From contig OY759316.1 in the NCBI GenBank assembly GCA_963662275.1, positions 1,824,001 to 1,888,000 of the forward strand: a stretch of DNA of 64,000 bases. The letters run 5' to 3'. The position numbers and the translations under genes were made by a program. Numbering within the stretch: the first letter of the stretch is position 1; each line of letters begins with the position of its first letter. Origin of the DNA: Candidatus Cloacimonadales bacterium. GTDB taxonomy: Bacteria > Cloacimonadota > Cloacimonadia > Cloacimonadales > DAONDQ01. Below, piece after piece: positions 31,268-39,883 of this stretch. Under the pieces are notes generated by a model. It was given only the letters and a program-made list of their open reading frames with translations, had not been told where the DNA came from and did no database searches.

Positions 31268-31511
31268 TGGTACTCCTTATTTTTAACAACCCACAGAACA
31301 TAAAATATAATATTCATATGTAATTTTCATTCCATAGCAAGTTTTATCAAGTATCTTGCCGGATAATATCCATTTTCTCTTTAGCCTATCACGTTTTTGT
31401 TAATTTCACAGTTGTTACTGGGGCGCCATCTATCTGATGGTGCTACGTGCTCTTTTAGAGGACGTATTCTCTTCACCGGCATTTCGATGGGGAAACACCG
31501 GATGTCAGATA

Positions 31512-31618
31512 ATGTTAAAACATTATAACGGCTGAAGCAGTTGATCCAACGACTGAAGATCATGTTAAAACATAATAACTGCTAAAGCAGTTGATCCAAC
31601 GACTGAAGTTGTTGCTAC
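31512..31618. repeat. about 50-bp direct repeat x2 ending in a REP-like GTAGCAAC end
   Basis: ATGTTAAAACAT(T/A)ATAAC(G/T)GCT(G/A)AAGCAGTTGATCCAACGACTGAAG twice. Confidence 0.7.
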
Positions 31619-31651
31619 GGTGTTGCTACTGAATACCCGTTGAAGTGGATG

Positions 31652-34600
31652 CTATTTAACTAACATAATTTTTCTAGTCATTATTTTATTGTCGAAGATC
31701 ATCCTGATGAGATAGATACCTGATGGACTTGCATTATTAGTACTATCAGTTCCATTCCAGGTAAGGGAATAAATACCGGCTTGATTATATTCATTCTTCA
31801 TTTCTTTCATCAATTGACCTTTAATATTGAATATGGCAATATTCACATGACCGGAATTCTTCAAGCTATACTTGAAAGTCGTTTCCGGATTAAACGGATT
31901 AGGGTAATTCGGGTGTAACGCAGTTACTAAAGGAATTATGAATTGATCGTCATTATCTGTTGGAACAGTGACTGTCCAAATTTGGGTTAGTGTTGTCAGG
32001 TTATCTGTTATTTCAGCTTTCACTTCGTATGTGTTTGATGCTGTAAACAGATGTTCAAATGTATTTAAACCAACATTTTGATTAACACCATTAATATACC
32101 AGCGATAACTAATAGCACTATCTATATCACTGGCAGCCACACTGAATACTTGTGAATCATTAATATCCACAGTTAGAGTTACCTGTGGAGGATTGAAGCT
32201 ATTGATTACAGGCGGATCATTCACACCGTTGATCGTGATAATGAAAGTATCATTACATGTAGCACGTGTCTTAACTGATGATTTTCTTGCCATCTGTGCT
32301 TGAAGATAAAGATCATCTGCTGTCACGGTTACACTCGTTGTACCATAATAGTTTAAGAACGGAGTGATTGTCAGAAGATTATTAGTAATCGAAGCAGTTA
32401 TCTGATTGTTGTTGTTATCTACCGTATAAATGAGGATATCTCCATCATAATCTGCAAAGTGACTGGAAAGATTAATTACAAGAGGAGTAAAATCTTCATT
32501 CTCAGTCAGATCAGGGAAAGGTTGGATTAGGAGTGGAGCTTGATTTGTTGCACTGATCATATCCTGTAATGTCATTGTATTCGAAGCAGTACTTGAATCT
32601 CGAACAGTTAGTGATACCGTATATATTCCCCTTGAATATATATGAGTAGGGTTCTGTTCTGTAGAAATCGGAGTGTTATCCCCAAAGTTCCATTCCCATG
32701 AAGTAATTGGACATGTACCCGGAATCGAAAGATCATTGAAAGTCACACTGAGCGGTGCTAATCCGGTACTCACATTAGAAGTGAAGTTAGCAGCAGGTGG
32801 AACGTTAGGCACAAGTGTCAGAGTACCCATATTTAAATTCGTTTCCAAAGTAGTTATACTTCCTGTTACAGGCTGGAACCCGCTTGCTGTGATCGTGTAA
32901 TCATATGTACGATTGGCATATACATTATTTATGTTGAAATCACCGTTTGCAACTGTATTTGTGCTGTAGGATTCATAACCTGTAAGATGAAGAACAGCTC
33001 CCTGGATACCTTCAGTTGGAGTTAAACTGGAAGCTACACGTCCGGACACACTAACTTGCAACATTTGAGTGAGAGAGATATTCAAAGTAATAAGACTCCC
33101 ATCAATAACATCCACTTGTTGTGTGTAATTAACATACCCATGCTTTTCAACGGTTAAGGAATATGTTCCAGCAGGTACATTATTCATATGAAAAACACCG
33201 AAATTGTCTGTATTAGTCTCTTGTAGTCCAGCTCCAAGATTTACTGCGGCGTCTGGAATCGGAAGAGAATTGGAAGTCACAGTGCCAGTAATGTAACCAC
33301 CACCTGAAATGAAATACAAGGAGACGTTTGGAAATTGAGTTATTATATTACCTGTTGGTGGTGCTGATGGGTCTGCATTAATGATATTATTATGATATTC
33401 ACGTGATCGACCTGCTCCACCCACAGATACGAAAAAATTATCAGCTACGTTATAGCTATTCGAATCTAGCGGTCGACTTACCATAATTACAAGATTACCT
33501 CCGGTATAGATAAATGGAGTCGTAAACTGAACTGTAATGATATTCTGCCCGGATGGGTAGTTCACAATTCCATTGAACACAGAAGTCAAAGCAGTGGAAG
33601 GAATCCACCCTGAGGTTAGATTTGTCTGAGTTGTAGTACCAACCCAAATATTGGTTGGCTTATTAAGAAGAGTTGTAGTAACAAAGTTATTATACCAGGA
33701 TAATCCTGTCAGTTGACCAATGGCATTGATTTCGGAAGCCAGGTAAATGGTCTCACTGATGTTATTCTTCCAGTTCATAGCGATGGGAATTGTATTTAAG
33801 CTGGAAACATCATTTCCGATAGTAACTGCATTTGTTCCTGCTGCTATAACGTTGACGTTGAAATGCGAGGTTTCATTATTTAGAGGATTTGAATCTCCTG
33901 CTAAGACTACTATCCCATAAACAAAGGTTGGACCAGTATCTGCTGGAATCCAGTTGAGAATAAAGCTTTGTTCAGCCCCTGCTGCAAGGATTGTTCCGGG
34001 AACAGAAGCAATTTCAATATTTCCAGCTTTCATAAGCTTGACTGAATAACCAGATTCAGGAGTGTCACCCAAGTTCTTCACAACAATAGTATAGGGAGCT
34101 GCAGCTCCAACAACAGGTATATGATTTCCTGCAATTGAGAATGCCAGCATGTCATTCGCAGTTGTCGATCCCCAAATATCTGTCTTACGTTCACTATCTG
34201 TCCAGGAACCTGAAACCATCTCCTGTGATAAATCCTGGTAAAGATTTCCGTATATATCATAAGTATAAATGTTTTTGGTTCCATTATCAAAGGTTGAACC
34301 ATCCCAATAATGGTACTCATATCCGATTAACTTGTTAGAGCCATCATATGTATAGTGCGTATTTGAATCATCAACCCAATTGCTTCCAGACCATTTTCTG
34401 TATATTTCACTATTAACCATTCCAAATGATATAGAATTACCGGTAATCACTGACAATGCGTATTCATGTGCGAGATTATTATTGAAAATGGCACCTGTCA
34501 TTGTATCATTAGGGTGATATGTTCTGGTAACCTGTTCATCATTTGCCCAGTATAATGAATCCGGAGAAGTTTGATTTGTTTCAAGAATGATTCTTCCCTG

Positions 34601-35179
34601 GATATCTAAATCGAAAGTTCTCTTCTCATAATAGGGAAATGTAGTGTCATCTCCAGCATTCCAATTGACAGATGAGAAAAAATTATTATTAGAATACATC
34701 AAGCACATTCTTGCTGATTCAGACCAGTTTCCTGTTTGGATATTATTGATCATTAGGGAAAAATTAGATAGATAACCATTATTATTATAGGCAAGATGCT
34801 CCATCAAGAATGGGAATCTCATCACAGAAGGTACAATAAAGTACAGTACCACTGCAATAACATGTTCATGTGTTGCATTATAAGTAAAAACAGCAGAAGA
34901 TGATAATGTCCAGGACGAATTACTTTGATCATAATTAAAGGTTAATAGACTATCTACAGCATTTGGATGTACAGAATTGTAATAATACACTTGTTTAGTG
35001 TCATTAACCCAAGAATTATTGTCTCGAGTCTCCTGAATTTGTTGGCTTAAATGCCAAATCCGCTCAGAGTTGCGTAATCCCATGGTTTTATGATTGTGAT
35101 TACTGAAAGGATTAACCGTAGTATTTGCCCAAGAGATCATCGGTATTAATAAAAAGAAAAGAATCAAAGTACGATGCAT
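31652..35179 (-). CDS. large secreted multidomain protein (YD/DUF3836-like repeats, CARDB, carboxypeptidase-regulatory-like, PKD, Ig/cadherin-like, CTD)
   Basis: signal peptide; 'YTYD..GN' repeats; PKD 'WEWNFGDN...QNPTHIY...YTVSLTV'; 'NYPNPFNP' CTD. Confidence 0.8.
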   Translation of the reverse strand: MHRTLILFFLLIPMISWANTTVNPFSNHNHKTMGLRNSERIWHLSQQIQETRDNNSWVNDTKQVYYYNSVHPNAVDSLLTFNYDQSNSSWTLSSSAVFTYNATHEHVIAVVLYFIVPSVMRFPFLMEHLAYNNNGYLSNFSLMINNIQTGNWSESARMCLMYSNNNFFSSVNWNAGDDTTFPYYEKRTFDLDIQGRIILETNQTSPDSLYWANDEQVTRTYHPNDTMTGAIFNNNLAHEYALSVITGNSISFGMVNSEIYRKWSGSNWVDDSNTHYTYDGSNKLIGYEYHYWDGSTFDNGTKNIYTYDIYGNLYQDLSQEMVSGSWTDSERKTDIWGSTTANDMLAFSIAGNHIPVVGAAAPYTIVVKNLGDTPESGYSVKLMKAGNIEIASVPGTILAAGAEQSFILNWIPADTGPTFVYGIVVLAGDSNPLNNETSHFNVNVIAAGTNAVTIGNDVSSLNTIPIAMNWKNNISETIYLASEINAIGQLTGLSWYNNFVTTTLLNKPTNIWVGTTTQTNLTSGWIPSTALTSVFNGIVNYPSGQNIITVQFTTPFIYTGGNLVIMVSRPLDSNSYNVADNFFVSVGGAGRSREYHNNIINADPSAPPTGNIITQFPNVSLYFISGGGYITGTVTSNSLPIPDAAVNLGAGLQETNTDNFGVFHMNNVPAGTYSLTVEKHGYVNYTQQVDVIDGSLITLNISLTQMLQVSVSGRVASSLTPTEGIQGAVLHLTGYESYSTNTVANGDFNINNVYANRTYDYTITASGFQPVTGSITTLETNLNMGTLTLVPNVPPAANFTSNVSTGLAPLSVTFNDLSIPGTCPITSWEWNFGDNTPISTEQNPTHIYSRGIYTVSLTVRDSSTASNTMTLQDMISATNQAPLLIQPFPDLTENEDFTPLVINLSSHFADYDGDILIYTVDNNNNQITASITNNLLTITPFLNYYGTTSVTVTADDLYLQAQMARKSSVKTRATCNDTFIITINGVNDPPVINSFNPPQVTLTVDINDSQVFSVAASDIDSAISYRWYINGVNQNVGLNTFEHLFTASNTYEVKAEITDNLTTLTQIWTVTVPTDNDDQFIIPLVTALHPNYPNPFNPETTFKYSLKNSGHVNIAIFNIKGQLMKEMKNEYNQAGIYSLTWNGTDSTNNASPSGIYLIRMIFDNKIMTRKIMLVK

Positions 35180-35289
35180 TTCAACCTCCTTTTTAAATAA
35201 AATTATTAATCCGGAAATTGTGAATATGTGTCAAGAAAGTATTATTAAAAGGGAGATTAATTGTAAGATGATGTTCTTTCAAAGTTTTT

Positions 35290-35439
35290 CTATAGTGGAA
35301 GTAACATCAGATGTACAAACTTGTTTCCGTTATCCTGGAGTGTAATTTCTTTCATTGCACTTCCAGCTAAGTCTGTAGTCTGATTCACTTTTATTATAGC
35401 AATTCCTGCAATGCTTCGTTCGTTTTTTGTTGATATTCC
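35290..35439 (-). pseudogene. start-less 3' gene remnant ending at the candidate transposon end
   Basis: open frame GISTKNERSIAGIAIIKVNQTTDLAGSAMKEITLQDNGNKFVHLMLLPL*; upstream it runs into the element and hits TGA at 35464-35466 with no start codon. Confidence 0.45.
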
Positions 35440-35485
35440 TGTTATAAAGAGACACCTATAATTTCAAATAGGGACACTTAAAATT
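35440..35485 (+). mobile_element. candidate left end of a Mu/Tn7-superfamily transposon
   Basis: TGT terminus followed by two 16-bp direct repeats with a 22-bp period (AGAGACACCTATAATT at 35448, AGGGACACTTAAAATT at 35470). Confidence 0.55.
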
Positions 35486-35529
35486 ACCGAGATAACGCTT
35501 TGAGTGGTGGAGAGTTATAGCGGATATGT

Positions 35530-36535
35530 TTTGGACTGTTGCAGATGGACATTTGGACTGTTTTGGCATCATTTAGGACACGAAAACTGCAAATTTGGAC
35601 TGGTTATGGACTGGTTTTGGACTTTGACATTTTTACGTAAAAAAGTGCTATTCTGGAAGCTCGCAATTGGTTTGATTTTACACCGATGAGCAGTTTGTCA
35701 GAAGTCTGAAGTCAGTCTAAATTAGGACGCCGAAAGTCCATAGTAAGAGGTTGTGGGATAATATCTTCCATTCTGTAGCCGATAATCGTATTCTTTGACT
35801 CGCTCCCAGTTTAGAGCCTGTTTTGAACTCTGCATTTCATTCTATTTCACCAACTGATTCAATACATATTACTGCGAATTTCTCTGCTTTTATCGCATAT
35901 TTCAATTTATACTTTATAGGATAGAGCCACCATCTTTTTCGGTGTGCAGATTGTTTCCAGAATGAGCGGAAAGCCCTTCCCAACATATTGCATACAAGGT
36001 AGTTAGCACCCTAACTAAAGTATATGTGAGGTGACTATGAACCCTGTAACGAACAGAAAAAACAAGAACAGAGACTGCCTCGAAAAAAATGTCCATGTGC
36101 TGAAGCGGATGGACACACTTGGACACAAATCATGTCCAAGTGCTTCGAAAGTCTCTCTACGTAAGGCTTCGAGCCAAAATGTCCAAGCGCATCCAAGATT
36201 TATGTCCATGTGCTTCGCAAAATGTCCATCCGCTCCCTTGAACTTGGATGTTTTTATCATGGATGATATGACCAAGTTATTCTGGAAGCAAGGCAAAACT
36301 GGAGGTCAGCATGAGTGCTGATAACCTCGAACCCAAGCAGTCAGTCTTTGACAGTGTCGAAATAACCAGTTACCAATCAGACCATTACATCGTAAGAGAC
36401 AGGATTCTATCCAGACAGCAGATTGTAGGATCGACTGAAAAGAAGCTTTTCCCGATAGAATTAGAAGCCACTAAAACAGCCCAAAAGAAGACTAAAATCG
36501 AGTCGAAGCACTTGGACACGGATGGACATTTTGAA
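35530..36535. repeat. array of TGGAC / TGTCCA(A/T)GTGC motifs upstream of and inside the transposase 5' end
   Basis: six TGGAC in 35531-35622; TGTCCAWGYGC or TGTCCATCCG copies near 36090, 36106(rc), 36116(rc), 36133, 36180, 36203, 36223 and 36503-36533(rc). Confidence 0.7.
36037..36321 (+). CDS. hypothetical small ORF overlapping the transposase start; may be a by-product of the motif array
   Basis: GAGGTG RBS, ATG at 36037, stop overlaps the transposase 5' end. Confidence 0.35.
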   Translation: MNPVTNRKNKNRDCLEKNVHVLKRMDTLGHKSCPSASKVSLRKASSQNVQAHPRFMSMCFAKCPSAPLNLDVFIMDDMTKLFWKQGKTGGQHEC

Positions 36536-38383
36536 AATGAAGATGTAAAGACTGTTTTTATAGATATGGTACCTTCTGAAAAGCTACCTTATACCCATGA
36601 TAAAGAAGCCAGATTATTCGGAGCTTTCTGCTCGGAAGTGTTAAATCGACTCGAATTATGTGACTCCAGAGTAGATGAGTGGAAACATATAGTGGATGGT
36701 TTCAACTCTGGTGGTTTTATGCCAGAGCTTTTCAAAATCAAGGGTAAACGCTCTGAGCGTTGCTTGAGACTGTGGTTAGAAAACTATACCCAGAGCAACT
36801 TTGATATGTATGCTCTTCTGCATAAACGCAAGAATGAGATCAGAGGTCGCAAGGTGACTATTGCCGAACAGAACTACCTGCTGAACTTATTACTCACACC
36901 TAAGCAGGTCAAGATCGGCTCTGCCATTTCACTTTTGAAACGCATGGATGCCCTGAAGCTGGTGGAATCACCCAGCAGCACCAAAACCCTCAAACGCTGG
37001 ATTATCGACTGGAGAGCCAACCATCCAGCTGAGTGGGCGCAAGCTACCAAGGGCAGTAAGTATGTCGCAGAGCATATAGTGAAGTCTATAATGAGAGATG
37101 CCAATCTGCTATCTGTCGGTAATGTCTGGGTAGCGGATGGACATACTCTGGCATTTGATATCTATAACCCGGTAACCGGGAAGACCCAGCGCATGACCCT
37201 GATTTTGATAATCGACTGGGCAAGCAGATATCCGGTGGGTGCTGCTCTGGCAGTTACCGAAGACAGCCAGCACATTTGCGCTGCGTTTAGAAATGGCTTT
37301 CTGAACTGGGGTGCTTTACTTGAGTATGTGTATCTGGATAATGGCAAAGCCTTCCGCTCCAAGCTGTTTAATGAGAAATGGGAAGACCATGACCTCTCGG
37401 TCGAACTGGGTGGCATCTTCCCCAGACTGGGCATCGGAGTATCCTTCGCACAGAAGTATAATGCCAGAAGTAAAATCATCGAACGCTTCTTCTTAACCAT
37501 GCAGGAGCAGTTCGAACGCTTTATCTCCACCTTTAGGGGTGCCTCAGTCGCAGACAAACCTGCTACTCTGATGCGGAACGAAGTCTGGGCTAAGAAGCTG
37601 TATGAAGGCACCGCACCCACAGTGGAAGAGACGATGCAGATGATTACTTTCTATATCCGGCACATTTATGGCGAGACACCGCACTCGGGAATCGGCAACA
37701 GAAAGCCGTATGAAGTATTCAGTCAGGCTGCTCTGCCGGAAGAGAGAATCATCACTGCCGACAAACTCAACTTCCTGATGCTATCCGCAGAACGCAAGCG
37801 GGTCAGGTCGGAAGGCATCAGACTGAATCACATGCTCTACTGGCACGATGCTCTGGTCGACCATATCGGCAAACCTGTCGTGATTAGATACGACCATGCC
37901 GATGCCAGATGGATACTCATCTTCACACAGCAGGATCAGTTCATCTGCCAGGCAGAACTACGAAGAGCGCAACACCCCTTTATCCACTTAGTCAAAGACG
38001 ACCCTATAGCTCATAAAGAACTTAGCCGGGAATATAACCAAATCAAAAAACTCCAACGCAAGACCGAGCAGAAGACCAAGCAAATCGTCAAACAAACGCA
38101 GGAAGCAGTCGACCGCTTAGTCAAACCCATCCCAGTGCAACTGCTGGAGCCTGATGGCAAGCTCTTCAATAAGACACCCATGATAGCTGCACCTATTGAT
38201 AACTTGGATATAGTAGCCTCGCATGTCTATGAGCAGATCGTGCCGAGAGTGGAAGAGCCACCCCGGATTATCACCAACCCATTTCCACAATATGTAGATA
38301 ACAGCCTGGATAATGAAGATGATGAACCGGTCTTAAAGCAAAAGACCTTCGCCGAGATGATGAAGATAGTCGGGATTAAATAA
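36311..38383 (+). CDS. Mu/TnsB-like DDE transposase
   Basis: catalytic triad 'VWVADGH', 'VYLDNGKAF', 'SKIIERFF'; Mu-transposase C-terminal-like 'GIRLNHMLYW...VVIRYD'; GGAGG RBS. Confidence 0.9.
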   Translation: MSADNLEPKQSVFDSVEITSYQSDHYIVRDRILSRQQIVGSTEKKLFPIELEATKTAQKKTKIESKHLDTDGHFENEDVKTVFIDMVPSEKLPYTHDKEARLFGAFCSEVLNRLELCDSRVDEWKHIVDGFNSGGFMPELFKIKGKRSERCLRLWLENYTQSNFDMYALLHKRKNEIRGRKVTIAEQNYLLNLLLTPKQVKIGSAISLLKRMDALKLVESPSSTKTLKRWIIDWRANHPAEWAQATKGSKYVAEHIVKSIMRDANLLSVGNVWVADGHTLAFDIYNPVTGKTQRMTLILIIDWASRYPVGAALAVTEDSQHICAAFRNGFLNWGALLEYVYLDNGKAFRSKLFNEKWEDHDLSVELGGIFPRLGIGVSFAQKYNARSKIIERFFLTMQEQFERFISTFRGASVADKPATLMRNEVWAKKLYEGTAPTVEETMQMITFYIRHIYGETPHSGIGNRKPYEVFSQAALPEERIITADKLNFLMLSAERKRVRSEGIRLNHMLYWHDALVDHIGKPVVIRYDHADARWILIFTQQDQFICQAELRRAQHPFIHLVKDDPIAHKELSREYNQIKKLQRKTEQKTKQIVKQTQEAVDRLVKPIPVQLLEPDGKLFNKTPMIAAPIDNLDIVASHVYEQIVPRVEEPPRIITNPFPQYVDNSLDNEDDEPVLKQKTFAEMMKIVGIK

Positions 38384-38393
38384 GGGAGCAAAC

Positions 38394-39107
38394 ATGTTAC
38401 AAGGAAAATTAGTCAAAACACGCAATGTTCTGGAAGCTGATAACTGCATCCAGTATCTTTTAGAGAGACCCAAGATGGAGATGGTGGGACTGGGACTGAT
38501 CTATGGCAAGCCTGGACTCGGCAAGACCACGTATGCCAGCCGGGTTGCCTTCAGTCGGGGCTATCTGTATCTCAGACTGGAAGCAACCACCACAGCCAAG
38601 TCCTTCGCTGCTGAGCTTCTGCTCGCACTCTATAAACGCTTTAACATGGGAGAGTTCCTGCCCTACGGCACAGCCAACGGACTGTTCAAGAAGTGCCTGG
38701 CTATCCTGGAAGACAATGCTGATACGATTATCGTCATAGATGAGATAGACTATGCCTTCCGGCATCCTCAACTCTTGGGAGCGATTAGGGATATCGTGGA
38801 TGAGACTCTGACTATTGTCCTGCTGGTGGGTATGCAGAATGCCAGAGACCGGCTCCTGCAAATCAATGAGTATTACTTCGATAGATGCAATTACTTCTAT
38901 GAGTTCACTCCTGTGACCCAGAGAGATACCAGACAGCTCTGCAAGGAACTGCTGGAGATACCTTTTGATAACGATGTCTCGGACTTCATCCACTTCCATA
39001 GCAGTGGCAACCTCAGAAAAGCCATGAAGATAATGTATGAGATGGATAACACCATCAAAAAGCATAGCCTGACCAGCATCACTCTCAAGGACATGGAAGC
39101 ACTATGA
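38394..39107 (+). CDS. MuB/TnsC-like AAA+ ATPase
   Basis: Walker A GKPGLGKT, Walker B IIVIDE, 'LVGM', 'GNLR'; directly follows the transposase. Confidence 0.88.
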   Translation: MLQGKLVKTRNVLEADNCIQYLLERPKMEMVGLGLIYGKPGLGKTTYASRVAFSRGYLYLRLEATTTAKSFAAELLLALYKRFNMGEFLPYGTANGLFKKCLAILEDNADTIIVIDEIDYAFRHPQLLGAIRDIVDETLTIVLLVGMQNARDRLLQINEYYFDRCNYFYEFTPVTQRDTRQLCKELLEIPFDNDVSDFIHFHSSGNLRKAMKIMYEMDNTIKKHSLTSITLKDMEAL

Positions 39108-39673
39108 CCGAGACTGAACTGCTCACCAACTTTGTAAACCAGTACAGCAAACCCTTCACAGTGGATACGGCAGCCATGCTGACCGGGATAGCCAAAGATT
39201 CGGTCGCTCCCATCCTGAAAGAACTGGAAAAGCAGAAGCGGATTAATCGCATCTATGAGAAGCCAGAGGTGATTTATGTGCGTAATAACCGCTATAATAC
39301 CAGCCTGTGTGCCACCAATGACAAATGGAACCTTAACCTGTCGCAGGCGAATGAACTGCTCAACCTGCTGGAAAAGGGCAGATATACATCTCTGCGGGAT
39401 ATCGCAACAGAGATCGGCAGAAGCAGACAGTGGGTCTATATCTATCTGGAAGCTCTGGCATCCATCGAGTGCATTGACCTGCGTGGTTATGTGTATGTAG
39501 TCATCTCCCGCAAGAACCTGCCTAAACTCGGCACTAAGGTTACCAAGGGCATCTTGGGTGACTTGAGAAGTCTGAACCGGCTCGGTGGCTACCGGGACTT
39601 AAGAGAAAAACCTAAGAAAACAGATAAACAGAAACGCTCAGACTCAAAGCGAACCTATTTTATGATATTCTAA
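39104..39673 (+). CDS. tandem winged-HTH DNA-binding protein
   Basis: two HTH-like segments 'FTVDTAAMLTGIAKDSVAPILKEL' and 'TSLRDIATEIGRSRQWVYIYLEAL'; ATGA overlap with the ATPase. Confidence 0.65.
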   Translation: MTETELLTNFVNQYSKPFTVDTAAMLTGIAKDSVAPILKELEKQKRINRIYEKPEVIYVRNNRYNTSLCATNDKWNLNLSQANELLNLLEKGRYTSLRDIATEIGRSRQWVYIYLEALASIECIDLRGYVYVVISRKNLPKLGTKVTKGILGDLRSLNRLGGYRDLREKPKKTDKQKRSDSKRTYFMIF

Positions 39674-39883
39674 ATGATCACGAGTTAAGCCATTTCTCAA
39701 CGTCTCATAAGTTTGAGTATTGCGCTTAATGTACATCTATCTAACTATTCACACAATTCATTACTATTAATCGAATCACACATTGGAAAGCTACTCGAGA
39801 AGTTGAACCGTCGCCATCCTAGCAATTTCTTATTGACTTTTCAATAGTATCAGCAGTATTTATTTCAGGAGATAAGATAAGTC

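Noticed and set aside
35504..35689. 61-aa ORF near the transposon end
   Set aside because: Trp/Asp-rich sequence is a by-product of the TGGAC motif array; no RBS evident.
38460..39065. 201-aa antisense ORF, and similar antisense ORFs within uvrB, the MgtE-N gene, sbcC, pglZ and the FG-GAP genes
   Set aside because: Shadow frames of well-supported genes with no motifs of their own.
36311..39673. Intact Mu-like prophage, canonical Tn7 or CAST
   Set aside because: No virion, gam, tnsA, tniQ or cas genes and no CRISPR array in the window; parts beyond the right edge cannot be excluded.
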